A stretch of 64,000 nt of DNA from Octopus vulgaris (taxonomy: Eukaryota). The number at the start of each line of letters is the position of its first letter. Positions within the stretch are counted from its first letter, which is position 1. The stretch lies in NCBI GenBank assembly GCA_951406725.2, contig OX597816.1:126170001-126234000 (forward strand), in the 5' to 3' direction. The notes beneath the pieces were generated by a model, which saw only the letters and a program-made list of their open reading frames with translations, had not been told where the DNA came from and did not search any database. Below are positions 29,121-42,600 of this stretch, piece by piece. A program made the translations under genes and the position numbers.

Positions 29121-30280
29121 TTCTCTACAAGAGTAGTAAATACTGATTTGATTGTCATCAGTGGTGCCTTAGCTCTGTATTTCTCACTGTGTGCGTGTGT
29201 GTGTGTGCATGAAGTGAGGGTATTGGTAGGATAATCGTTCAGTCCTCTGAGAATTGAAAAGGGATAGACAAATTGCTGTATAATAAAATTATAATGAGAA
29301 AAGTTAGACACCATTTGACAATTTTTCCTAACTGAAAGTTACAGTCATGAATATTTGAATGAGTTTTGCAGCATCTCCTGCAGATGTATCTAATAGTGTG
29401 TGTGTTTATGTGCAGTCAAACTTCAATTGTTCCAAATATATTAACAGCATGGTTCATCTAGAATATTGCTTCCAATTCCTAAATAAACTCCTATGGGCAA
29501 AAGTAGACAATGTTTTAAAATGCTGTGGCTAAATATAAGCATAAAGTATTTGTTGATGACCTCATATTAAAGAACTACAATGTAAATAAGGGTAAAATTG
29601 AATTTGATTATATCAAAGAGTGGCCCCTTCCTCAATACAGAAAATGCACTATGATTTCAGACATTTTGGAGTCATGATACATGAAGGTAAAACATAGATA
29701 TATAGTCTAGTGATTATACAAATGAACTACAATAAAAATAATTGTGAAAGTGCCAACATTTGATAGAAATATTCCTACTGTTACTTGGTTTTTCAGTGGC
29801 TTAGAACTGATACACGTTGATAATTTGTTTGAATTTTCTGTGATATGAAAAAAAAATGTTTCTTTGTAAAAGTGGAAGAATTAGAAATAGTGAAAGTGCA
29901 TAATGTCCTCTTTATACTGTATAATTGTTCTGATAATTTTAATTAATTAGAAGATGAGAGGTAGTACCAATAACTTTTGAAATTCCTCCAAGATTGTTTA
30001 AATCAAAGTTGTAATATTCATATTGAATTTCTGAAAGGAAGTTAAGAGCAAGAGCAAAATGCAAAATAACTAAGTAAAGGGTTTTATTGTGTGAGGTGTA
30101 GGCATAGGCTGAGATACAATAGATGATGTGAGATAAGTAGATGCAGCTAAATCAGGTGGGTTTTGGTCATGGTGTTTACAGTTTGTTGCTTCTGTTGAGC
30201 ATATAAAATAAACAGAAAGCCTGAGTAAATGGTTGTAGTGTGTTGGTGAGGCCAAATGGCCTTCTCCATTTAGTCTAAAT

Positions 30281-30313
<33 letters not shown>

Positions 30314-30784
30314 CACAATGCCATGTTCTTAGGTGAGCTTTGTGTCAGGTCAGCATCAAACCAAGCTAAAATATTTTCTGGTTTCTGGCTCCTCTTATGA
30401 GTAAGTTCATCCTTTGGGATGTAGCTTTAGCAGTATTCTGTATAAGTAGATGTGAATGAAAGTCTATTAGAAATGCTTAGAAGAAGGTTTAGCATTTCTG
30501 GTGACTTGTTGGAGGTGAGGTTATCAGAAGAGCCGAAAGTATGAATTGTGTAGGCCAGCATGTGATTTACACCAGTGTGCAGAAGTCAAAAGAAGCAGGT
30601 GACATAGCATCCACTGTGTAGGAGCGTGTAATATATATAAAACTTAATATCTATAAAACCGTGACAAGCTTGTTTATTTTTATGTTTTTTTTATTTATTA
30701 TTAGTGTTGCTTAATACGCTTTGCTAAAATTCCTCTTTCGTTTCAGTTATAATCAGAAAAAAGTAATTAGAATTCATTAAAAAC

Positions 30785-31864
30785 ATAAATCTGTCAGACT
30801 TTCAAAGAGGTCAAATTGCTGGTGCTCATACGGTGGGTGCTAGCATAACGTAAACAGCCAAAATGTTTGGTGTATCAAGAAGTACTGTCTCAAAAGTAAT
30901 GGCAGCCTTTGAGAAAAAGGGAAAAACCTCCTTGTTGAAACTAAACTCTGGAAGAAAACCAAAACTTTCAGATAGGGACCGTCTGACTCTTACACAAATT
31001 GTTAGAAAGGATCACAAAAGTACAGCTCCCAAAATTACTACAGAGCTTAATGACCACCTCAAGCATCCAGTTTCCACAAAAACTGTTTGACGGGTGCTTC
31101 ACAAAGCTGGATTTCTTGGGAGGGCTGCAATCAGAAAGCCACTACTCCCAAAAACAAATGTTGCAAAGCATTTAGAGTGGAGTAAAAACCTACAGAATTG
31201 GTCCCTAGAAAGGTGGAAGAATGTTATTTTCTTGGACAAGTTATTCTTTGCCTTATTCTCAACCACCAGCTGAGTATACGTGTGGAGACAGCCAAAAGAA
31301 GCATTTGACCCAGACTGCCTTCTTCCAACTGTTAAACATGGAAGAGAATCTGTGATGATCTGGGGTGGGGGCTATATCTTGAAAATCCACTGGCCCAATG
31401 GTTTCCTTTCATGGCAGAATTAATAGTCAAGGCTATTTAAGCATTTTATCTGATCAAATTCCTCCTATTGTTACGGAACTCTTTCCGGATGGAAACACAA
31501 TCTTTCAGGATGATAATGCACCAATTCACACAGCTAAAGTTGCTACTGAATAGCACAAGAAACATTCTAGTGAAGTTGAACATCTTACCTGGCCATCACA
31601 GTTCCCAGATCTCAATATTATTGAACATTTATGATGCATTTTATGAAAACAAGTAAGGATTGCTATCCTTCACCATTATCACTACAAGAACTGGAGACTT
31701 AGCTGAAGAATGGACAAAAATTCCTTTTGAAACAATTCAAACTTTGTACGAGTCCATACCTCATAAAATTCAAGCTGTAATTACTACCAAAGGTTGTCCT
31801 ACTCCATATTAAAATAAATTTGTTTGAAATTTTAAGTTGTTTCCATTATTTTGTCCAACCCCTG
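30785..31864 (+). mobile_element. Tc1-family DNA transposon, transposase pseudogene with right terminus; left TIR not found
   Basis: LSDFQRGQIAG..FGVSRSTVSKV..SGRKPKLSDRD..WKNVIFLDK..IFQDDNAPIHTAK..WPSQFPDLNIIEHL; several stops and shifts; ends ttccattattttgtccaacccctg followed by TA. Confidence 0.93.
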
Positions 31865-34800
31865 TAAGTTAGAATACAGAGTATAGTGTGGCAAGCAGAG
31901 AAGAGTTAGAGATATGTATATCTTGTGTTTCAGTGATAAAGGCATATGATTTGCATATTAATAAATGTTAGGTGGGATCTGATTTGAAGTTCCCAGATAG
32001 TGTGTTGTTCAACTTATGAGAGAATATTGTGCAAACCTGTTTCTTTTAAGTAGATGATGATTTTGCCTCTGTGCCATGAAAAGAAATTTCTATCAAGGGA
32101 CTGCAAATGCCAGGAGTTTCAAAAGGTAGGGAAGAGTTTCTTATGTATTTTTCTACTTTTAAGACTGTAAGGAGCAGCTTGCTATTAGCTCATTTTCTAA
32201 GATGAGCTAATAGTTAATTATGATATGGATCCTTTTTTGGCTTGCACTAAGTTAGTTAAAATGGGCATGCGTCATGTCTATTTGAGAAATATTTATTATA
32301 TAGGAAAATAATGACCTAAATATATATCCACGATAAATGATACCAGAAACAATATGGTTTCAGATTTAGATATTTTCTGTGACTCTTTAGTTGTGTAGAA
32401 AATATAAATTGAATTAATGATGTAATTCAAATGAAATTATACTAATTATACTAATTAGAGAATTAGATATATATGATTTATATTTATCAATAAATTGATT
32501 TTGTAAATTTCACACTCCAAAGAAAATGAAAAATGATGAAATGTCATCAAATATACTGTATTCAGCATAGTTGTACATCCATGCAAATGAGACGGTACAG
32601 CATATTTGTCCATTTGAATGGGTCTGTATAACGTGCATGTTCATTCAAGTGAGTATATATGATGCCCGTGCAAGTGAGTCTGTATAAGGTTTGCTCAAAC
32701 AAGTGAATCTCTATGATGTATGTTACCATGCACACTTAAGTGTATATGATGTGTGTTATATGAATGAGCCAGTGAGAGATATGTGCATAGATAAATCATG
32801 TTGTTAACAATATTTAATGAAAGTAAACTGGAAAGAACATTTGTATAACTCATTGTAAGAAGTTTTGTGAAAACTGGCTGCAGAAGATTGACTGTTGCTG
32901 TAGTTGTTTTAAAGAGGGAGTGTAATTGAAGTGGTTTTACCATTGTGATGGTTGTGGTTTGTGAAGGCTATAATCTGAGCTGATATTCAAAAAGCTGGCA
33001 CTTCAGCTGTTGAGTAAAAATGTAACTTATGCTGAAATGGGTACTGCTTAGCTTGACTGTATCCCTAAAGCTGTCTCTATGACAGCTACTGTGGATATTC
33101 TCTCTAGCTACTAGATATGCTTGTTAATATAACCTGGTGCTAAATGCTGATTTGTTTTAAGAAAGGCCAACGTAGAGTTGCTGCTGCTTCAGCTAGTGCT
33201 ATGTGCTTCCACTGTTGTAAAAAGATAAGTGTGCCCAAGGTATCTATTCAAAAGCAGTAATTCAAATTTGTGTATGTGAGTTCACTTTATTACCACATTA
33301 CTAAGGTAGTCTTCCCTTTATCAGGAGAAATTCAATACAGATGTAAGTGATTTCCAGCCTTTTCCTTTTTTTATTATTGGAGCACCAAAAGTGATGGATA
33401 CCAGATTTGATACCACAACAAACAAAATATCTTTTAGATTCTTACTTTGAATTTCACTGCAGTCAACTTTGTCTTTCTTCCTACTAAAGTTAAGTGCCAG
33501 TCTAGTATTAAGAAATGATTTAATTTGCTGCTTTCGTTTTTGCCTATGATTTGTGGTCTTATATCAATGTTAAAAATATTACTACAACACCAAATTGCAC
33601 CATGCTAAACTTACAAAATAACTTTTTGTATTTTTTCTGTAGATACAATTCGAGTCAAAATGATTTCTTCTCCAATTCTACTGTGAGCAGTCCCTAATAT
33701 TTTTGATTTAAGTGCTTGATAGCAAACACATTAACATTAATCTTACATTAGCACTTCCACTCTGAATGTGACTCTCACTTCTTATCCACTTTCATGTTTG
33801 CTTTGTAAATCTAACTAAAAAAATAATAAAGATACATACATAATTATCTTTCAAACTTAGTTTACTCATTGAGGTACAGAATGAAATTTAAATTTGATCA
33901 TATTTTATTTGTTAGTAAAGAAATAAGAATGGACAGTTCAAAACATTACTACATGTTTTTAAAAAGTGTGGTCATTTATTCAGCAATTCATAATAATTAT
34001 GCAATGTTACATGGCTTCCCATTATTGTATAACCACACAATTCCTTCAGACAATATTCAGCCTTTTGTTGGTGAAATCAGATCAAGCTATGGAGGTAAAT
34101 GTATTTGTGAATATAATTATATTGAAGGCCAGATTCATTTAAGAAAATGTAAGAAATACAGACTTTTCAAAGTAGGGAGCTGATAGACTTACAACCAAGG
34201 AAATCATCAGATTTGCAAAGATAGCAAAATTGGTGGATTCATACTGTTGCACTCTGTTTTGAATTTATTTATACAAAGTCTGAAACTAAAATATATTGGA
34301 ATTATATGAATAGTTTTTGTAGTGATTTTGCTATCACCACCTTTCCATTGTTGCTCTATGCATCAAATAGAAATAAAAAGTTCATTTCTGTGAATTAATC
34401 AGAGAGCTACTTGCTACCTTAACTAGTGATTGGGTTTCCCAACCTGAATCATTTTACCACACATACACATTCACACTTGTCATTTCTCACATTATTTATC
34501 CCTGCCTTTGTTGACCAGCATTGAGTCCACTAGCACTATCTCTCCTTTCTGGTTGTCTCTTTCTCTTACTAGCTTGGTTTCTATAAAGCAATACAGACAA
34601 ATACACAGAATCATTTCCTTTATGATTAGACTTAGAGTACTTATATTTCTTACTTACAAAAATCTGCAACATTTTTCAGTTTGATAAACTGCATACAGTC
34701 TATGAAATGATATGCACCTATTTTACACTGTAAGTAAAAATAACGTTTGAGGTAATGAACTGCTGTTCCCTGTAACTTTATGGAAATAACTTTAAATCTA

Positions 34801-35640
34801 ATCTCTTTATATTCCTGCATATCCTATTGGGCCATTGTGCTCAATATAATTTTAATTAGAAAAAGAATAAATTATTGATTTACAGTATTCAGCTTCTTCT
34901 GTCCCCTTTTTCCCATTTTCTCCCTTTAGATATCTATCATTAGATTAATTGTTGTTAAAAAATCATTTCTCTTTGTTATTGAAGATATATATTATTCACT
35001 GCTGTCATTGTAGAAGCATGGCAGTCATGTGAATAATATATTGGATAGTTTGTATATTCTAAGTGGTAAGTTCAAATTTATTGCCATCATTTTGTTGTGT
35101 TTCTGGGCAGAATACATTGAAATGCATTGTTTTAATTTGCCTTGATCACCTGGTGATCAGCATTTTATAGTGGTGGACATTTATTTTTTATCAGCATAAC
35201 GAAATTATATTACATTTACATATTTATCACCAGTGTAGCAAAGAGACAGTACCAATGAGGAATCCTACCTGTGAAAAATCAGAAGCATAAACACTCTCTA
35301 TAACATGCCATTGTTTTTTGAAGGACATTTAGATTCCATAATGAATTCATATAAAAAGGCTACACAGGTCAAGGCTTGAATAACTTTGTTCATAGCTCTA
35401 CTAGACTAGGGTTATAATGGACTGAATAATAATAAATAAGCTGAGGGAGGGAGAGAGAGTGAGTAAAGATGGGACAGAGAAAAGGAGATAATGATAAACA
35501 TGAATGAGATTCTTGACTTTGTAATGAAAGTATTTCTATCAATTTAATTTGTAGAAAACCATAGTTAAAAGATCTTGTATAAAATCTAGAAATAGATGCA
35601 ATTATAAAAGCATTTTTTAATAAGCTAATGACAACATTTT

Positions 35641-36129
35641 ATACGGACACAGACCATTTGTCGGTAGCCAGCTGCAAAAGATGTTTACCTGGGGCTAAAT
35701 GGTAGGACTACCACATTGTGTTGGTAAATATAAATTACTGTACAGTACTGTTACTAAATAGTTCTCACTCAGAGACTTAAAACTAGTTGCTTTTCTCTTT
35801 ACAAGATCACTGACTGTGTTTAAAAGTATATACTGTGAGCAAGGTTGAGTGGCTGCTATCTCTAACCAACAGTTGTCATGTACTGAGGAAAGGAAATAAT
35901 CCAGAAACCATTGGTCTACAGGTATCACTAAGGCTAGAAAGGGAGCAATAAACTCCCTTGCTTACAATATACGGACCCAGACCATGTTTCGGTATCCATC
36001 TGGAAAAGATATTTTCCTGGGGCTAAAAAGTAGTAACATTGTCCTGTGTAGGACTGCTGCATTTTGTTGGCAAATAGACTTTACTGTACAGTACTGTTGC
36101 TACATAGTTCTCGCTCAGAGATTTAAAAC
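35641..36129 (+). repeat. Diverged local duplication of ~145-160 bp (35641-35783 and 35969-36129)
   Basis: atacggac.cagaccat..cctggggctaaa..ttactgtacagtactgtt..atagttctc.ctcagaga.ttaaaac in both copies. Confidence 0.85.
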
Positions 36130-39100
36130 CGTTTTATTTATTCTATTTCAAGTTAATTCGTGTTTTTGTTGACAGATGACTCTGAATAGGAAGGTGGAAG
36201 AAGTTGTTGTTCAGCACCAAGTCAGTACTGATTCCGCTGACCTATCCAATTTGTCATTTCATTGTTTCAGACAGTAGAGTGTTGTTTGAGAGATTTGGCA
36301 ACTATTTCTAATCTCTGAAGGATTGCAGAGACTGAGCATGACCTCTTCTTCTAGATAAACCATCAAAAGAAAGAAGAAATAAAATATTTATTAATCATTA
36401 TGCATCCTTACGTTTAGTAGCATAATGTCAGTGCTGAAATTAGATGTACTAAATATTATATGCAAAACTGTAATATTGCTTTATAAAGAAATTGACAATA
36501 GAATTAATGCGTAATATGTTTTATTTATAATCATTCTATTGTTTTATACCACAGTCATAAAGAGCTGCATACTGTGCTGAATAATTTATCAAAAACTGAT
36601 ATTGTCATTAATCTTAAAAGGATACATTCAAACATTTAAAAAAAATTATGAACTAAAATCATAATTTATACTAAAAGGAATTAAACTGCTTCTTCCATTC
36701 TTCATGGCATTTTGAACTTACCTAGCTCTTTTAACTCAGATGATCAATATTTTGAAATTTTGTTGTTGAATAGAGTATAGGTTAAAGATCATCTTGTATC
36801 TTATTGATATGATAGTTGAAGGTCATATATGATGACTGAAGGTCCCATATAACACTTTTTTTTGTCTTAGTGGAAAAGTGATATATTTGTGTTAGTGAAG
36901 TATTTTCAACAATAAACTCATCACATATATCTGAGGGAAACATTATTTCAGATTTTATGGGAAATAACTTAATGTAGTGATCATTTTCTCTGTATATTAA
37001 TGTTGTTAAAGTACATTGAAAGTGTCTGGAATTGGTTAGAGATGTAAAGTGCTTAAGTGGAAATTTAGATAAAGACTTTCAAAGTAAGATATAAAATATT
37101 AAATATAAATTTTGAAGTGTACAGGACCAAGTGCAGAACATTAGAGGTTCTAATCATACCATGTTAGGAATATGTTTTCAAACTTCTATAGCAGAAATTA
37201 GAAATATTTTCCTCTATACTGTCTCTTATTCACTTTGCATACATGAGTTATATTTTCACATGGAACTCAATGTAGAACAGAGGCAGGATGTTGAGAAAAT
37301 CAATAATGCAAAGAAAGCAGGAAAATTGTGTTTAATTGAATTATTGGCTATTTTAATTTTATGAAATAAATATTTGTGTCTTTGGGAGTTTCTTTTATGT
37401 TCCAGCATCTTAAAAATGCATTTTTTAATTTATTATTTAAAATTATTTTGCACTTGTATCACAGTAATACGTAAAAATAATTCTCTAAAAATATATATTT
37501 AAAAGATTTTCACTGCAAAAGCATGTATTTCTTAATTCTTGTAATTTCCTCTGTCTAATCAATTTGTGGTCTAAATATCACTACTAAAAACAAATCAGGA
37601 AATAAATTTTCTCAAAAATTCAATCTTACAAGGGTGATTATCTATTAACACAATCCCCAATTGGTTTTGTTTTAACATCTAGATTGAAAACTGAGAATCA
37701 TCTTCCTTTACCCTACCAGTAACTTTTAAATGTATTGATTGTATAGAAATTGTAAAGGTGAAATTGCAAAATGGATATTTTATTGGGTTACCATTATGAA
37801 TTAATATTTACTGAATGTGTTTTGTAGTGTTTTTAAGAAAGGCACATTGTTCTTTACCTCAGTTCATCTACCTCTTAGGAATACATACAATTTCAAGATC
37901 ATATCCAAACTCAGTGAAGCTGTTCACCTATTGATACTCTCTTCTTATTGAGAAAGATTAGACAGTTGTCTCTACTTCACTAAGACTGCATAATAGAGTT
38001 AGTATTCTTTTCTGTTTGAACAGTTGTTAACCTTTTACAAGGCAAAAGTTTATGGCCACCTTCTGCATGATATATAAAGCTTTCACTTACTGATACTTTG
38101 ATCACCATTGTGATGCTTTCTTTCTCTGCTTTCAATCATTATTACAATGGTGTCTGCATCTTAGAACTAACCTCCTCTCTATCAACCTGGCCAAAACACA
38201 TTTGTACCCTTTATTTTTATCCTTCCTTTTTTCTTTATTCTCCTCTTGTCTCACCCTACCCAGTTCTTAGATCTATTCCTTCTGAAACTTCTTCCTTGCT
38301 CACAGTTTCCTCCAGCTGTCTGGCCACTGAAGTTCAAACAAAATAGTGAATTCATCATGAAAGTCCCTAAAGCTAAAGACCTACCAATGTTAAAACTATC
38401 TTCTATTCTTGCAATTCCTGGAAGGGCTACAGGTGCTACATTTCTGAAACTAAATGATAAAAAGGATTCTGTATTTATTCAAATATAAAATGTTTACTTG
38501 CTAAGCTACATGCATTAATAAAATGTTGCTTTTATTAATACAAAGTCATCCACTTAAAAAGATACTTGGTAGTTACAGCTATGTGATTTGTTTCTAAGCT
38601 ACGCATACTTATCTCAGCACATCTAGATCACAACAAGCATCTGTCCTGTTTTAAGATAAATATTTATCTCTAGATGAGACATTCTGCTTTATAAAATTCA
38701 TCTAATTAATGGGCATTTATGTAAAATACCAATAAAACCATCTTTTTCATAATATTTAGAAAAAATTTATCTCGTTTTTTAATTACATCATGTGGCCATA
38801 TGTACCCACAAAATGTTATTCTCTAAGTACTCCACAAATGATTAACTTTGTGATTAACTGAGTTAATCATAATTCACATAATTATTCTAAAATGACTATT
38901 CACCAAATCATGAATTTAACACCTGAGCAAACTTTACCATCTTTTCAGTCACATGAATTATTGGTTTGCTTTTTTTTTCTGTAAATTTTTGTATTCATTT
39001 AGCTAACACATTATGTTTTGTATATATTTGATATATGAAATTGTTATATTCATCTGATGTTAGCCAAAAAACTTATTTGAGCATTTGGTTAAGTTTTCAT

Positions 39101-40009
39101 CTCATAACTAATATATATATTCTTTTTTTTTATCTATCTAGGGAGCTAATACATTCTTGATATTTGCATACATACATATGCATATATACACACATACATA
39201 TACACACATACGTATGCATACGTATGTCTGACAATTTAAATTATCCCAAACTTCGCTAATCAAAATTATTTCAATATTTTGATTAGTGTTTTATGATAAA
39301 TGTTTGCATATCGTTTATGATTTTCTAATGTGTTTGCTATATTAAATGAATCATAATGACATCTTGTCTTTATATGAATCAACAACACTCTGAAACTGTC
39401 TAAAAATGGCTTGAAATAATATTTTTGAGCCTATTGATGTTCTCTCTACAGTGGAAAATATTTGCATTCTATTTGATTAGATTTTTTAATCTTTTTATAA
39501 CATAACTATACAGAATAGTTTTGTTATCTGCTTTGTCCAACGTTTATTTATATGCCACTTCCCCTAAATAGTTCTTTTAACAAATAATATAATCACTGAA
39601 TTGTTTCACTACAACATTCATATATTGTATGATGCACACATTTTTCTATAAAAATCTGTTTTTTACATGCACACATTCTCTTATAAAATGTATAATAGAT
39701 ATGTCAGTTAAATATTTATTATTTGTTGATTTATTTTATAAATGGTTGTTTTGGAAATCTATTATGTGTAATTGTTTAGAGCTTATAAAAAAGCAAATTC
39801 CTTTTTCAATTTATGCAACAGTTTCACTTAAGTGTTTTTTTCCATTTATTTTATTTCTTAATGCTAATTAAATTATAAATTAAAAATACAAAGTTTCAGT
39901 TAATCTTTTTGTATTTAACTTATACGTTAGCTATTGCTCTAAAAAATGTTTCTTAGTCTTTGTCTACTATTTTTATATAGGAACAAATGGTAGCCTATAG
40001 CTAGTTTAA

Positions 40010-40226
40010 CCCTTTAGCATTCAGATTACTCCATCTAATTTAATGTTTATTCAATTTTAAAAAAAATTAAACATGCATTATCATGAAGCTTATAAATTCC
40101 AATTATGTGGTTGCATACTTTTAGAATGACATTGTAGGGTAGATCTGAGATGCCACATCTGGTCAGTTTGAACATAAAACAAGTAGAATATTTAGGCTGG
40201 ATATGACCAGTTTAAATGCTAAAGAG
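40010..40226. mobile_element. piggyBac-type MITE
   Basis: TTAA-CCCTTTAGCATT ... AATGCTAAAGAG-TTAA: TIRs with a TTAA duplication. Confidence 0.82.
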
Positions 40227-42039
40227 TTAAAGAAAAATGCTAGCTTGTCCAGCTAGGTGTGTATAAGTTTGAATCAGTTCAATTTATTTGCATTCTATTT
40301 AAATTTAATGAAAATTAGATTGCAGCCAAAGCTGTAGAAACATCAAAACAGCAAAACACTGTACATATCAAATGAAAATACATTTAAACATCATAATTAT
40401 ACAACAATAAAATAATAACATGATTTTATTGTTTTATCCATACATGTATTAGTCCTATATTGGCGTTCAGATGTGTGTCAGCTCCTGAGAAAAAAAAAAT
40501 TGCTCTTGAACCTTGTCATGAAGGTATGAATTCTTCTGTAATATTTAAATGATGGCAGGAAGGTGAACTACTGTCTGAGCTGTTGCTTGGTGATTTTCAT
40601 TGATAGAAGTTGGATAACAATGATCTTTGGTGAATCTTATTTTTTTGTTTTCCCTATGTTAACTGCATTTCCTTTTTGATCAGACAGGAATAAATTAGTA
40701 ATGCTGTATGTGTTGAAAACTACATGGAATTAGTAAGAATCAAAACAGAAGTTTTGAAAATAAATTGCTAGATGAGAGCAAATTGCTTTACATCAGAACT
40801 TGGGAATAACTAAATGGAGAATAATGGTTTTCCTTAGTAACATAGCTCGGTTTTAATGTTTGGGTGAGCAAACATATAAAAAAGTGCCATGACACATACC
40901 AAAAAATTCTAGACTCACTTTTGTGTGATGTGTGTGTTTAAAACTCACTAAAACACAAAGCACAAGAAAAATGCAATATTTAATGATAATGATATACAGA
41001 AAATATTCATTTTGCATTTAAAATTAAAACACTTAAAAAATATTTTACATAAACTCAAAATTTTAAAACATAATATAATCCGCTGCATTATTTGATTATT
41101 TTTAAAGATAAAAATGAAAACAAACAATGTGAAGAATATATAAAGGAACTACAAGAATCTCTTTCACCTAGGTTTCATTTTAACAAAGTTATCTATTTGT
41201 TATAAAACTCTTCAGCAGCGAAGTCTCTTTCAACAAGCAGAGAGCAAAGTTAATCCTGGCAATCTACTGTTGCCCATTGTGGAATGAAGCACTTTGTGTC
41301 TTAGCTGATTAAAGGATCACTCTACAACTGTGCTAGATACTAGTAAGGTGAAAACAATGTGATACACAGTAGACAAGTTAGGATAAATGGAACATATGAC
41401 ATTGAGGATCATGAATTGACAGTAATTTTCTTAATGCTTGAATTTGTCTTACTGCTGGTACTCTTTATTTCTTTGTATATGTCTTCAAATAACCAAAATT
41501 CTTGCTTGATTTTAGTTTGTGGAAGCCCTCTGAGCACATGTCACCTAAAAATTTTAACATGTTTACATTATCTGTGTTGTCAAAATGTTTTGGATTTAGT
41601 GCAGTAAATCTGGAATCCATATTTTTAAAATGTTCAAATACATTACCACCTGTTGTTCATATTAGATTCAGCCATGAATTTCCTTCAAGCTTCAAATATT
41701 CTTTAATCTTCTTCTATTTAATCATAGAATACTTCTATGACTTCTAATGTTCTCCTACTGTTTTTTGAAACGTTATTTTAGTTGAGATTGAATCAAGACC
41801 CTTCAAGTGATTTTATTTCCTTGAACTCTGATGTATACTACCCAGCCATGAAGACAACTAAAAGAACTTGCATTGTGGGTCTGTTTCAAACAAGTCCCTT
41901 TCTACTATTCTCTGTTTAACAGCTTATAGTATACTTTTTCAGATCCAGTTATCTTCTCATTGCCCATAGCACATTAATCTCTTCTCAACTGTATGTGACA
42001 GATGTTTCATCATTCTTGTTTTTTTATGACCTTTGGTTC

Positions 42040-42600
42040 CAAGCTGACCTAATAGTTGGCTCATGGAGACTGCAACCAACCTTCTTGCACTAATTTCCTC
42101 TGCCTGTACAGTGCAATGATTCCCCCTCTTTTGTCAGCTCTTTCACAAGCTCCTCATATCTCTTCATCATATACTGGTATTGTTCATCTACTTGACTTTT
42201 AGAAGGGACTGTCAGCTCAACAAAGATGATTCTGGCACCTGATTTCAAGTATAGGACAATATCTGGTCTTCTTCATTTCATGCTGATGAAATCTGGATAG
42301 TTTTGGCATCAGTCTGAGAGGTATGCAGATATTTCCAATTCTCCTTCTAGTCCAAATAGATTTTATCTGAGCACACCTTTATACCTGAGCATCTCTTGGA
42401 TCCAGTTTCTCCTTCTCCTTCCTTTCTCTTTCAAACATCAAGTTCACCTTGTCCCCTGATTGAATGAGTTATCTCATATTAGTATTTTTGGCAAACCCCT
42501 AGTCCTTAAGTTGAAAATGTTCTAGCGAATCTTTCAAGAATTTCGTCTCTGGAGCAATTTGCATTCTCTGAGTACTGTCTTTATCACCTGGACTGAAAAT
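42040..42600 (-). pseudogene. Remnant of a restriction-like-endonuclease (REL) non-LTR retrotransposon, NeSL/HERO/R2-group type
   Basis: Minus strand from 42269: RPDIVLYLKSGARIIFVELTVPS..KRYEELVKEL, then shifted EEISARRLVA (cf. RPDIV..IELTVPWE..KY..VEVGxRG); SLEH zinc-knuckle remnant near 42520. Confidence 0.72.

Noticed and set aside
32600-32760. Degenerate ~28-30-bp tandem (caagtgagt.t.tat); similar short tandems at 20462-20506 and 49630-49735
   Set aside because: Ordinary decayed minisatellites or slippage duplications.
36176-36277. Possible plus-strand exon after tttgttgacag (MTLNRKVEEVVVQHQ..)
   Set aside because: No recognisable domain or supporting exons; cannot be told from chance.
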